This document shows positions 20,300 through 30,371 of a stretch of 64,000 nucleotides of DNA, one piece after another (position 1 is the first letter of the stretch; every line of letters begins with the position of its first letter). The DNA lies in assembly GCA_964453045.1 (NCBI GenBank), contig CAYVNR010000006.1:83747-147746 (forward strand), in the 5' to 3' direction. The notes under the pieces are model-generated. The model searched no databases. It was given only the letters and a program-made list of their open reading frames with translations, and was not told the DNA's origin. The translations under genes and the position numbers were made by a program. Source of the stretch: an uncultured Flavobacteriaceae bacterium (lineage in GTDB: Bacteria; Bacteroidota; Bacteroidia; Flavobacteriales; Flavobacteriaceae).

Positions 20300-21762
20300 T
20301 GACCATTCTGACCTAATTCTAAAGCAGATAGCGGTGCTATCTGTTTTAATTTGAAGTTTATGGTTTTACCATCAAACACAATACGCTCTGTAACTGATTG
20401 AATGATAAATCGTTTTTCTGGTCTACTTAAGCTATTCCAATTTTGGTAGAGGTCTTTTGATTTATCGAGCACTAAAGACAGTGAGCCTTTAGCCCGTTGT
20501 ATCTCTTCTAGCTCTTTATTTAGAGTACTTAAATTAGCTTCCAATTGAAGCTTTTGTTCAAATAATGGCTCATAGTGATGCTTAAATCCTTCTGTTGGTA
20601 TTTGTCCTTCGATATTCAGAGTAATGAGCCTATCCATTTTCACTTGAACCTCTTCTATACTACTCTCTGCAAATGTAATTTCTTCCTTTTTTAGTTTAAT
20701 CTCATTGTCTGAAGATTGAGTATACTGATTAATTTCTTCTTCTGAAATGATAAACTTTTCTATCCGAGTTTTGAAAACATCTTCTAAATCATCTTTATCA
20801 ATCCTCAGTCTACACTTTGGACACGAATACTTATTTGTTTTACTCTGAACTGACATCTTATGCCCGTTGATACAGTACAAGTAGCTTGTGAAAAGATGCA
20901 CCCTCTGATTTAGAGGTTTCGTCTGACTACTATTTTCTTCTTGTTCTCTTATAATTGCATTACAAGCTTCCCATGTTTCATCTGAGACAATTCTTGGGCA
21001 GGGACTAAAAATCCATTCAGATTTTGGTTTTATTCCTGTAGGATTGTCTTCGCTAGGCTTTCCTTTGTAATTTGATTTTCTTATCCCTTTGGCATCTGTA
21101 TTTTTAAGCAAACGTGACACCGACACATCTGACCACTTGCTGTTATTTCGAGTACGGTACCCTCGCTCATTGAGTATTCGCGCAACTGTACTTCTCCTTT
21201 TGTGTTGAAGGAACAGATCATACATAAGTTTTCTAATTGGTGCTTCTTCTTCGTTAATTACTAAACGGGCATTTTGTATTTTGAAACCATACGAGGCTTT
21301 TCCACCAGTCATCTTTCCCATAGCTCTTCGAGTTTCAATTGACGCCATCATCCGCTCTAGGTTGTTCTCACGCTCCCACTCTGCCATCCCTGCAATCATC
21401 GTATAGAAAAACCTTCCACTTGACGTGGATGTATCGATTGATTCACTCAAGGAAATCATATTGGCGTTGTACTTTCTGAAGTGTTTTGAGTAAAAGAGAA
21501 GCTCATCAGTGTTTCGAGCAAGTCTAGCAAGTTTGCTAAAAATGAGTCCTTGTATCTTTCCTGTTTTCACATCCTCGAGCATTTCTTGGGTCTCTTTGAG
21601 ATGAAGCGTAGACTTTCCCGATATTCCAGGAAGGGTGTACACCTTAACAACGTTCCACTGCTTTGAGGCTGCGTACATCCTTCCTCTTCTTTCGTGGGTT
21701 TCTGGACTCTCCTTATTTTTCTCATCGATAACGCTCACGCGAACAAATATTCCAACATTCAT
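20278..21762 (-). CDS. Large serine recombinase (integrase 1)
   Basis: IFVRVS catalytic motif, SKLARLAR, recombinase domain, Zn ribbon (CINGH...CPKC), coiled coil. Confidence 0.94.
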   Translation of the reverse strand: MNVGIFVRVSVIDEKNKESPETHERRGRMYAASKQWNVVKVYTLPGISGKSTLHLKETQEMLEDVKTGKIQGLIFSKLARLARNTDELLFYSKHFRKYNANMISLSESIDTSTSSGRFFYTMIAGMAEWERENNLERMMASIETRRAMGKMTGGKASYGFKIQNARLVINEEEAPIRKLMYDLFLQHKRRSTVARILNERGYRTRNNSKWSDVSVSRLLKNTDAKGIRKSNYKGKPSEDNPTGIKPKSEWIFSPCPRIVSDETWEACNAIIREQEENSSQTKPLNQRVHLFTSYLYCINGHKMSVQSKTNKYSCPKCRLRIDKDDLEDVFKTRIEKFIISEEEINQYTQSSDNEIKLKKEEITFAESSIEEVQVKMDRLITLNIEGQIPTEGFKHHYEPLFEQKLQLEANLSTLNKELEEIQRAKGSLSLVLDKSKDLYQNWNSLSRPEKRFIIQSVTERIVFDGKTINFKLKQIAPLSALELGQNGQHNGTIL

Positions 21763-21828
21763 GTTTTCAGTGTTTTACATCTAAGTTACTTCATTTATAG
21801 GTTAGTTAAAAGTTAAAATTGGTAATAT

Positions 21829-24800
21829 TCATTTGCGCTTAAAAAGCATTTTTGCAATCTGTTCTCGAATATTCTTAGAGTTTGAAATTGTCTTGCTTTC
21901 AAACTCTGTTGTTATACGAAATCCTTTGACAACTTCACCTCTTATCTGAGGCTCCTCACTTATAGTATCTAGTACCTCAGCCACTTCATGTGGTTGAATG
22001 TATGTAGTAAGGCTAAAATCTTTTTCCGATAGTTGTTTTTGGGCTAAATTCTGTATTGCGTTAAGATGGCTTCTATTTTTTGAAACCATTACAACAGGAA
22101 TATATCCGTTAGCCAAGCACTTCTTGATGTTTTTTACTTCGTAGTGGGGCGTATTGGTAACCGAAATCTCAAAAGCTATCCTTACAACACCTCGCTCTAA
22201 TGCGATATCAATTCTGCCACCATCACTCGTTTCTTTTTCCACCGTAGCTAGGAAGCCTCTTTGTTGACCCAACTTTTTGATCTTTGTTTGCAAGTACTTA
22301 TGGTCTCTTATCACAGTTGAACTTTCTTCTTGTTCAATCAGTCCCTGCCTTTGTTCTTCGGAAATTCTTACGCTATCATCATTATTTGTTCTAACCTCTT
22401 CCTCATTCTGAAGCTTAATATTCTCTTGAGAAACTAAAGGCTTTTTCTCTTCAACAACTTTTTCTAGACGCGTCTCTTTTTTTGTAACGCTCTTTTGTTT
22501 GGGGAGTAAATCAACGATGATGTTATTTAAATCGGATTTCTTTTGAGCATATTTCTCTCTCGTGTTTTTGATAATGTAATTTCTTGTATCCTCTCCGCCT
22601 TGTTGAATATCACTTAACCTACGTGTGGTTATATTAAAATCATTTTTCGCTGAACCTACTCTCACAATAGCCTCACCAACTCCAAGATTCTGTAAATCTG
22701 ACTGATCAAAGTATGAAAAACCAGATTCCAGACGTTTTGCATCATTGTCACCAAGCCTAAAGCAGATGCGGATATATGGGTTTGAAATAACTGAATTTAA
22801 AGTTTTGGTATCATCTATTTGAGCTAGTTCTTGATGGGCTAAGATTAGCCCAAGTCCATACTTCCTCGCTCCTGAAAGTATTCTGGTAATACTAGGCGTG
22901 ATGAAATTTTGAAATTCATCAAGGTAAATGTAATATGGGTGTCTTTGTGATTTGGGAAGTGACTGCCGACCTTGTGCCACTTGGTTAAATTTTGAAAGGA
23001 ATAGTGACCCCAAGAGAAAGCTGTTTTCCTCACCGATTAAGCCTTGTGATAGTTTGATAAGCACAATCTTTTTTTCTTCAATACAGGCTCTAAAATCAAT
23101 ACCCTTGGTTTGAGCCAACATATATCGAACAACTTTTGGACGAAGAAACGTATCGATGCGTGTAAGTAATGGAGCGATGCCTTTACGTACCATAGCGTAC
23201 TCGTTGTTCCAATAGTAGTGAATGGACGGGTCTTCTACTGAGGTTAGAAACTCGTTTCTGAATTTTTCTTCTAATAAAAAACGTTTTAGTTCAATGAGTG
23301 TCCCGTCTCGACTACTTTCTAAAAAAGTATTAATGGCATTTGATAACACGGCCGACATGTTATCACCCCATGCGGTGGCGTGGCGCTTGAATGATGATAC
23401 CAGGTCCGAACCTAAGACTATCTTCTCAGTATCAGTTGTTGCGCCTAGTAAGTTAAAACCAATAGCGTACTCACTATCTGAAGGGTCTATGAGGATTACA
23501 TCTTGTATCCTATGTTCTGGTACACGGGCCAACACATCTTCTACAATGTCACCGTGGGGGTCGAATAATGCACAGCCATTTCCGTTTTTCATGTCTTCAA
23601 TGAGCATGTTGGCAATCAAAGTTGATTTTCCGACTCCAGTGGCTCCAATAATATGGGTGTGTCTCAACCTCATCTCATCATTTAAGGTCACCTCTGTTTC
23701 TCTTGCACTATGTTCATTGGCACCCAATACATACCTTTGATTCAGAACCGATGGTGGTGCTTTCTTGGTCTTACCACTTTGCAAGCCCAACTTTTGTGAT
23801 ACTACGGTTTTGTTTGGATAGTGAACAAAGGTATTGAGTTCATCTGCATTGAGAATAAATCCCAACCGGTTACTTAAACGGTGATGCAAATTATACTCAT
23901 GAAAATTGTAATCATATCCATGGTTCGATAACGGGATAAGCTTGTTATGTTCTGATGTTGAAGTAATGGAAACGCTTCGCATTAATTCATTTGCCAGATA
24001 CTCACTTCTGAAATCATTTTCTCCTTGTGCGGCAACTCTCATTATTACTGAAAATAGAGGTTTTGAAATCTTGCTTTTTGCAGAACCCGTCATATATGGT
24101 GCATCAGAAAAAAAAGAACCTCCAGCCCCATCGGAAACAGATGCCGTTATATCTTTTGCCAAGGGCGAAGAAACTCCTTTAAATAGTACTTGAAATACCG
24201 CAATATCATCTTGGACAAGTGCATCCATTGTTGCAATGATAGAGGTGAGAGGATCAATGCTCAGTGAATCAACGGTAGCAATGGGAAGCATGAACTCACA
24301 GTTTATACCAAAGTCGGCAATCGCAATGGTACTCTCGTTACTGAAACCAAAGTTACCTACCTCAATCTCTCGTATAATTACCGATGGATAATATGCCTTA
24401 AAAAGAGATATAACGTGGTTCCTATCACGCTCACTGCATACTATTTGAATAACAATGTTTTCTTTGCCACCTATTATTTCAAACGAAAGAGCATGCTCTG
24501 AAAACGATAGCATACTGAGAAACTCAACATTTCTATTTGAAAATATCTCAGTTCCTTTAGGAAAAGAAATTGATAATCCAATCAAATGAGGTTGGTCATC
24601 AAAGACTAAATAATCTGGATTCAGTTCCGATTGTTCTAATTCAATCTCTTTTTGCTTGTCCGATGGAGATAAAAGGTTGCTGAATCTATCTAGTAAGGAA
24701 GGTACTCTGCCATCATCAAAGTCGTATTGAAAGTCGGTTAAATGCTTAAAAGGAATGTGTGGTGGTTCTATATACACAGGGGTTTCAAAGTGATAATAAC

Positions 24801-24864
24801 CTCGATACTTATATTCCCACTGATAGAAGTTTAACGTCGCTTCATCACTAGCAGACAAACCCAT
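21829..24864 (-). CDS. TraD/VirD4-like (HerA/FtsK superfamily) ATPase with C-terminal PD-(D/E)XK-like extension
   Basis: Walker A GATGVGKS, Walker B YIYLDEFQNF, ARKYGL; C-terminal HKYLQ...GRIDIAL...IAFEISV. Confidence 0.82.
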   Translation of the reverse strand: MGLSASDEATLNFYQWEYKYRGYYHFETPVYIEPPHIPFKHLTDFQYDFDDGRVPSLLDRFSNLLSPSDKQKEIELEQSELNPDYLVFDDQPHLIGLSISFPKGTEIFSNRNVEFLSMLSFSEHALSFEIIGGKENIVIQIVCSERDRNHVISLFKAYYPSVIIREIEVGNFGFSNESTIAIADFGINCEFMLPIATVDSLSIDPLTSIIATMDALVQDDIAVFQVLFKGVSSPLAKDITASVSDGAGGSFFSDAPYMTGSAKSKISKPLFSVIMRVAAQGENDFRSEYLANELMRSVSITSTSEHNKLIPLSNHGYDYNFHEYNLHHRLSNRLGFILNADELNTFVHYPNKTVVSQKLGLQSGKTKKAPPSVLNQRYVLGANEHSARETEVTLNDEMRLRHTHIIGATGVGKSTLIANMLIEDMKNGNGCALFDPHGDIVEDVLARVPEHRIQDVILIDPSDSEYAIGFNLLGATTDTEKIVLGSDLVSSFKRHATAWGDNMSAVLSNAINTFLESSRDGTLIELKRFLLEEKFRNEFLTSVEDPSIHYYWNNEYAMVRKGIAPLLTRIDTFLRPKVVRYMLAQTKGIDFRACIEEKKIVLIKLSQGLIGEENSFLLGSLFLSKFNQVAQGRQSLPKSQRHPYYIYLDEFQNFITPSITRILSGARKYGLGLILAHQELAQIDDTKTLNSVISNPYIRICFRLGDNDAKRLESGFSYFDQSDLQNLGVGEAIVRVGSAKNDFNITTRRLSDIQQGGEDTRNYIIKNTREKYAQKKSDLNNIIVDLLPKQKSVTKKETRLEKVVEEKKPLVSQENIKLQNEEEVRTNNDDSVRISEEQRQGLIEQEESSTVIRDHKYLQTKIKKLGQQRGFLATVEKETSDGGRIDIALERGVVRIAFEISVTNTPHYEVKNIKKCLANGYIPVVMVSKNRSHLNAIQNLAQKQLSEKDFSLTTYIQPHEVAEVLDTISEEPQIRGEVVKGFRITTEFESKTISNSKNIREQIAKMLFKRK

Positions 24865-24870
24865 ACCCCA

Positions 24871-25413
24871 TTAGTTTCTTTTGAAAATATCGTTCAAAAC
24901 TGGCTTAGGTATCTCCTCATCCAATTTAATTCCTGATGTTTCAGTTATGTGATTTAATTTCGACAACATTATTTCATGACAATACTTCATGAACATACTT
25001 GAGGTATCTATTCTGTACATGGTAATAGGAAATAGCTTACGCATAAGGTATGATCCGATAAAAGGAATACTTCCAACTAAAATCTCTCTTTTACGCTGTT
25101 TATAAAATAAATGCCAACTGAGAAAAAAACCATTGCCAAACGGAGCTGCACACATGTAGAAATTATATTCTCTCCAATTTATTTTAAAATATTTACGAGA
25201 TAAGGAAAATACACCTCCCTCTTTTTCAATTACTTCCCCTGAACCACATTCTCTAATTTTATTGTCTGTAACACCTTGTTTTAAATGCCCATAAAACTCT
25301 TGGGAAGAGTAATTGAAATTATCTATCAGGTGTGACCAGTGAGAGTGAAAAGTACCTTTATTATTTGCGAATGCAATTATTGTTAGTACTATAAATATCA
25401 ATATGAATAACAT
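24871..25413 (-). CDS. Membrane-anchored hypothetical protein
   Basis: N-terminal TM segment (MLFILIFIVLTIIAFA), directly upstream of the ATPase gene; start moved to 25413. Confidence 0.7.
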   Translation of the reverse strand: MLFILIFIVLTIIAFANNKGTFHSHWSHLIDNFNYSSQEFYGHLKQGVTDNKIRECGSGEVIEKEGGVFSLSRKYFKINWREYNFYMCAAPFGNGFFLSWHLFYKQRKREILVGSIPFIGSYLMRKLFPITMYRIDTSSMFMKYCHEIMLSKLNHITETSGIKLDEEIPKPVLNDIFKRN

Positions 25414-25417
25414 AACT

Positions 25418-25879
25418 CTATTTTTTAATAAATAATTTTGACCAACTTTTTTCTTCGCTCTTGAGATGTAATAAATAGACTCCATTTGAAAGTTTACCTA
25501 CGTCTATTACAACTTCACTATTCTCAATACTTGTACTATAGCTTTCCATGGTTCGTCCATTGACGTCATATATTGTAATCTTAACATCTTGAGTGCTAAA
25601 GTCAGAAGGAAGCTTAATGTTTAAACAATTTTCTGTTGGGTTTGGATAAACCGTAATAACATCTTTTAGTGTTTCTTCATCTATGCTGAGTGTCTCGATA
25701 TTCAACTGCGTGCGGTTACCTAAATTATCATACACATAGTTATGTGTCGAACCATCATTAAAAACAACCTGAACCAAACGGTTCAAGTTATCGTAAGAGT
25801 ATGTTGTCGTCTCTTGTTGGATTTGGGCATTTGCTGAAAAACAAATAAATAATAATAAATACGTTATTTTTATTCTCAT
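25418..25879 (-). CDS. Small YD-repeat + T9SS type A CTD protein
   Basis: Signal peptide, YSYDNLNRL...YVYDNLGNR, then YPNPT...LSNGVYLLHL...KLFIKK CTD; start moved to MRIKI. Confidence 0.85.
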   Translation of the reverse strand: MRIKITYLLLFICFSANAQIQQETTTYSYDNLNRLVQVVFNDGSTHNYVYDNLGNRTQLNIETLSIDEETLKDVITVYPNPTENCLNIKLPSDFSTQDVKITIYDVNGRTMESYSTSIENSEVVIDVGKLSNGVYLLHLKSEEKSWSKLFIKK

Positions 25880-25883
25880 AAGT

Positions 25884-26228
25884 TTATGATTTATATGAAC
25901 CAAGACACTTTTTTGCATGATTCGTTATTCTTATCCAATTTTGATCCTCAAGTATATCACTATCAGATTTATACTTATTCTCAGCTAAATATTTTGAAAG
26001 TATGATATCTAAATGAGATAGATCTTCATATAATTCCTTACCAATATTTTCTTTTTCTTTTTTTAAAAAAAAATCAAAACAAAAATCGTCATACAAAAAA
26101 GCTATATCCTCATCAAATGAAGAAACAGTTTCACTATTTTTAACTAACCAACTCTTCTTTTGTTTATCTATATTTGCTATATTTTTTATAGACCAATAGA
26201 TATTGTAATACCAATTTAATTTGTTCAT
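25884..26228 (-). CDS. Probable immunity protein of Rhs toxin 1
   Basis: 114 aa, very AT-rich, begins 11 bp after the Rhs stop. Confidence 0.7.
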   Translation of the reverse strand: MNKLNWYYNIYWSIKNIANIDKQKKSWLVKNSETVSSFDEDIAFLYDDFCFDFFLKKEKENIGKELYEDLSHLDIILSKYLAENKYKSDSDILEDQNWIRITNHAKKCLGSYKS

Positions 26229-26239
26229 AATTCTTTTAG

Positions 26240-29200
26240 TTAAAAGTCATTAATTGGGATATGCGCTTCAGGGACATTACCACTTGGCAAAGGATTTCCA
26301 TTAATATCCACAAAAACACCATCAACACTACGCTTCATATATGCATTCCTTTGGTAAGAATTCGGTGAGTTTGGGTTGCCTGGCATCAATCTAATATGGT
26401 TTCCTGTAGGATTATTAGGATCAAAGTACTTAACACCATTACCTTTTTTTGTTGGTCTTGATATCCAACCATTAGGGATTAAGCCCCCTACTTTTTTTCC
26501 GTATTTCCCTACTGTAGCACCCCAACCAAAAATAGGAATCATAGCTGCACTACTCAAAGCAGCATTTAAACCATCACCTTTTATTGCATATAATATAGCA
26601 TTATATCCGTCAGCAAATTCTCCAATACCTGGAACTAAGCCTAATATATCAGCACCGATATGATAAACATCAACAGTAGTTTCAAGTACAGGAATAACTC
26701 TATTGTCAATAAATTCATCTGACAACTTTCCTCTTGGATCAAACCTACTGATTGGATTATTATCCGCGTAAGGATATAAATTAGTATGCCAAATAGGGTC
26801 TTCAGACAAGAACCTGCCAATTGATGGCTTGTAGTAACGAGCTCGCATGTAGTATAAATCATCTGTTTCATACTCTACGCCATAGATGCCTACATATCGA
26901 AATCGGTTAGTATCGTTTTCAGGTTCTAAAGCTCTAGTCACCTTTCCAAAATCATCATAGCGGTATTGGTGCGTTATGTTACCCAACTCATCTGTCATCA
27001 TAACCGTACTTCCCCTTATATCACCATGGTAGTAGTGCAAATCCCCATCGGGTTGCATTCTCGCAAGAACCATTCCATTGGAACTGTATATATAATATTT
27101 TTTAGTGTTGTTATTGCTATCCAATTCAACGAGTATATTATCCAATCTTACATCTCTAACATACTTTGTAGTTTCTCCATTTCTGACTGACTCTACACGT
27201 TGATTGTACGGATTATAATCAAAATTAAAAGTATTGTCAACATCTGTACAACTCGCTAATCGATCATCAATATCAAAGGTATAAGATACTTCAGAGCCTT
27301 CGCTAATGGTGTTGCCATCATCATCCAAGTCGTAATTCACACCACCAGCGAAGGTAATTTGATTATTATCATCATAGCTGTATGAGACGTTAGTGGAATT
27401 AGTAGAGTTTCCAGGATTAAAGCCTGGTGGAATCGGAGAAAACCATTCATAGGTTTGAGTTATATTTCCACGACTATCAAATTCATGGTGACTTGTATAT
27501 AATGCAGAATTGTCACTTAGATCTTCATGCTGTATAAAATCTAATCTGCCAGCATCATCGTATTCATAGTTAATGCGTATGCCATTACCTAAATCGATCC
27601 ACCTGACCCTGTCGTCATCATGATATTCGTATTCAGCTATAGTGGTATCACCGCTTCCGACATTTCGGTTGAGGGTTATTAACCATATCCTGTTTTTATT
27701 ATCATACTGATAATCCACCTCTACATCTATTCCGTTTATACTCGGATACAACAACTCCTCAACTTGACTGGTATCTGTATAGTCGTACTCTACATCAAAA
27801 CCATGTACCGTAGTTACTCTCTCTAATTGATTTAGATTATCATAATCAAACTCCATTGTTCCATAATCATTGGTAATATCTTCAACAAGGTTTCTGTCAT
27901 TATAGTCGATATAAGTTATTGTCCCTGTTTCCTCCAATCGTCCATCATTATCATATTCGTAATCAATGTCCAAGCCTGATGGTTTGGTGATTTCTTCCAA
28001 ATACCCTTCGTCTCCATAGTCATATTGGGTTACCAGATTTCCAAACTGCTCCTCGATTACCCTGTCTTCATCATCGTAGGTAAATGACGTAGCAACATTA
28101 TTTGCGTTGATGATTTCAGTTAAGTTATCATTCTCGTCATAATCATACGCTGTTACAAAACCCCCAGAGTTTATCATTTGGGTAATGTTATCATTGTCGT
28201 CATATTGATATGAAGAAATAAGCCCATTGTCATCTCTTTCAAGGAGGCGATTTACTCCATCGTAAGTAAATGTACTGCTGATACTTTCAGGTGCATCCAT
28301 CGTGGCTACTGCACCATCATTTTCATATGTATAGTTTATGGTGATCCCGTCTTGATTCGTTTGGGATAACAGTTGACCATACGTATCATAAGTGAACAGT
28401 ATAGAATTATTGTAGGCATCTATAATCTCAATGAGATTCTCATCATTGTCGTAAACAAATTCAGTAATATTACCCTCTGGGTCAATATATTCCACAAGAT
28501 TATTATCGTTGTCATATTCAAATTCTTCAACCACATCTCCATTTTCTTTATCAATTCTAGTAATATTTCCATCACTATCATATTCATATTCAACATAGAC
28601 TCCGTTTAAGTTTGCATCAGTTGGACGTAAAACGTTGACCCCTGAAGAAGGATAATTGACTACAATCTCGTCCGTATCGCTTGAATAATTCGTAACCAAT
28701 CCCTTATCATTGAACGTATAGTTTTCATGAAACATCCCACCACTTGGTAATGGTGTTTGTACTCCGGAAGTCAGAGCATTATTTTCAAAATCAAACTCAA
28801 CATTGACTTCGATAGGATCATCACCATCAATCTGGTATTGGCGTAGTTTTCCATTGTTGTCGTACTCAGCTTCAATTTGATTCCCCCTAGGAAGATCAAT
28901 TCGGAACAGCAAGTATTGTCCATAGCTGCTATCTTGATAGTATTGGTAAACCGTTAGATTGTCCTTTGCATCTTCAAAGCTTATCAAAATTGGGTAGTCG
29001 AAAGCTGAGCCTGAAGAGGTTCCCGAATATTCAAAACGTATATCCCTGTCAATAGGATCCTCAATTTTATCAACAAGATCAGTGCCATCTAGATATTCAA
29101 ATTCTAATCGTTTCCCAGATGGTGCAATGACTTCTTCAATACGTCTAGTATCGTCCTCTTCTGCACTTTCATATTCTATGTTGATTTCGTTACCATTGGG

Positions 29201-30226
29201 ATCCTCAATCTCAACGAGATAAAAAATATCTCTAGCGTTATCCAATTGCTCAAATCGATAACGTACCTGGTTCTTTTTAGTAATGTCAATCTCGTCCCCT
29301 TCAGAATCATCAAAGTTATCATAGACACCCAAGGTTTCGTATTCGTTTTCATCTTCGTTATATATATCAATTGTTCCATCTGGCCAAATGATGTAGTAAT
29401 AGCTAACAGAATCTTCACCGACATTGTTCTTTCTGACGATGTAGGCATTATAGGTATGTGACCAACCTCTTCCAAGCGGTTGGATAGAGTAAAAAGATTG
29501 GGGCATTTCCACCATTTGTGTGCTGTAGAAATGAGAAAAGTTTAAGTTCATTTTTCTGTCAGGAATCACAAAGCTGTTCTTTGCGTAATGGTTGAACACA
29601 CCCTGTTCGATCCCTCTGGAAAAGCCCAATGTATCGTATGCATACGTTCCTATTGTGAAGTAATTGTCAATATCCAATAACTCATTTTGAGTTGGGGCGG
29701 TTACATTGGCTTCAAGAAAATTGATGTAATCTGAAGTACCGCTAAAAGAAAGTCCTGACTCTGGTTGCAGTTGAGATGTATTTGGAAGCATTCCCAAAAC
29801 ATAGGCAGTGACTATGTGGTCATAATAGATGGTATTTTGGTTCACGTCACTATATGGTTCAGAACCATTGGTTATCAAGGGTACGTTAAACGCCTCGATT
29901 AGTGTTTTGATGATACTGGCATGAAACGGAATTTGGCCTATATCAAAATTTGGATCTTCTCTCCTCAATACGGAAATGCCATCTTGAAATTCAAGATAGC
30001 TCAATAACCTAGCCTTTTTGCTAAAGTCCGAATCATCATCCATATCCACAAAAATATTTGGGAAAGATGCTGCTGGATAATCATCAGGATCGGCACCGTT
30101 ACCATATATAGAGTTGAATATAGCATTTGTCAGTTCAAACTTTGTGGTTTGGGAATGTATTTGGTTACCAATAAAAAGGTAGCACAAAAACAATAGGTAT
30201 AGATGGTAATTTTTTTTCACGATCAA
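26240..30226 (-). CDS. Rhs/YD-repeat polymorphic toxin 1 (SLH-like region, PT-TG-like pre-toxin, Ntox30-like tip)
   Basis: Signal peptide, many YD repeats, RYYKPSIGRFLSEDP...PISRFDPRG core, DILGLVPGIGEFADG pre-toxin motif, C-terminal RLMPGNPNSP...EAHIP. Confidence 0.9.
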   Translation of the reverse strand: MIVKKNYHLYLLFLCYLFIGNQIHSQTTKFELTNAIFNSIYGNGADPDDYPAASFPNIFVDMDDDSDFSKKARLLSYLEFQDGISVLRREDPNFDIGQIPFHASIIKTLIEAFNVPLITNGSEPYSDVNQNTIYYDHIVTAYVLGMLPNTSQLQPESGLSFSGTSDYINFLEANVTAPTQNELLDIDNYFTIGTYAYDTLGFSRGIEQGVFNHYAKNSFVIPDRKMNLNFSHFYSTQMVEMPQSFYSIQPLGRGWSHTYNAYIVRKNNVGEDSVSYYYIIWPDGTIDIYNEDENEYETLGVYDNFDDSEGDEIDITKKNQVRYRFEQLDNARDIFYLVEIEDPNGNEINIEYESAEEDDTRRIEEVIAPSGKRLEFEYLDGTDLVDKIEDPIDRDIRFEYSGTSSGSAFDYPILISFEDAKDNLTVYQYYQDSSYGQYLLFRIDLPRGNQIEAEYDNNGKLRQYQIDGDDPIEVNVEFDFENNALTSGVQTPLPSGGMFHENYTFNDKGLVTNYSSDTDEIVVNYPSSGVNVLRPTDANLNGVYVEYEYDSDGNITRIDKENGDVVEEFEYDNDNNLVEYIDPEGNITEFVYDNDENLIEIIDAYNNSILFTYDTYGQLLSQTNQDGITINYTYENDGAVATMDAPESISSTFTYDGVNRLLERDDNGLISSYQYDDNDNITQMINSGGFVTAYDYDENDNLTEIINANNVATSFTYDDEDRVIEEQFGNLVTQYDYGDEGYLEEITKPSGLDIDYEYDNDGRLEETGTITYIDYNDRNLVEDITNDYGTMEFDYDNLNQLERVTTVHGFDVEYDYTDTSQVEELLYPSINGIDVEVDYQYDNKNRIWLITLNRNVGSGDTTIAEYEYHDDDRVRWIDLGNGIRINYEYDDAGRLDFIQHEDLSDNSALYTSHHEFDSRGNITQTYEWFSPIPPGFNPGNSTNSTNVSYSYDDNNQITFAGGVNYDLDDDGNTISEGSEVSYTFDIDDRLASCTDVDNTFNFDYNPYNQRVESVRNGETTKYVRDVRLDNILVELDSNNNTKKYYIYSSNGMVLARMQPDGDLHYYHGDIRGSTVMMTDELGNITHQYRYDDFGKVTRALEPENDTNRFRYVGIYGVEYETDDLYYMRARYYKPSIGRFLSEDPIWHTNLYPYADNNPISRFDPRGKLSDEFIDNRVIPVLETTVDVYHIGADILGLVPGIGEFADGYNAILYAIKGDGLNAALSSAAMIPIFGWGATVGKYGKKVGGLIPNGWISRPTKKGNGVKYFDPNNPTGNHIRLMPGNPNSPNSYQRNAYMKRSVDGVFVDINGNPLPSGNVPEAHIPINDF

Positions 30227-30319
30227 CTTGATTTAATGTTAATTTCTGAATCAATATTAGAAAAAAATGATGCTGATGTGAGTGTATATTTAGCTGTTTT
30301 TTAGTATAAAAGTACATTA

Positions 30320-30335
30320 TTACCCCTAGGGGTAA
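30320..30335. promoter_or_regulatory. Perfect 16-bp palindrome upstream of Rhs 1
   Basis: TTACCCCTAGGGGTAA, 94 bp upstream of the Rhs 1 start. Confidence 0.55.
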
Positions 30336-30371
30336 CATCCCCACTAAGAAAGTTCATACGAAATGGGGACA

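Noticed and set aside
20070-20306. 78-aa minus-strand ORF from the track
   Set aside because: Wrong frame; the real coding signal is the ssb 3' half in another frame.
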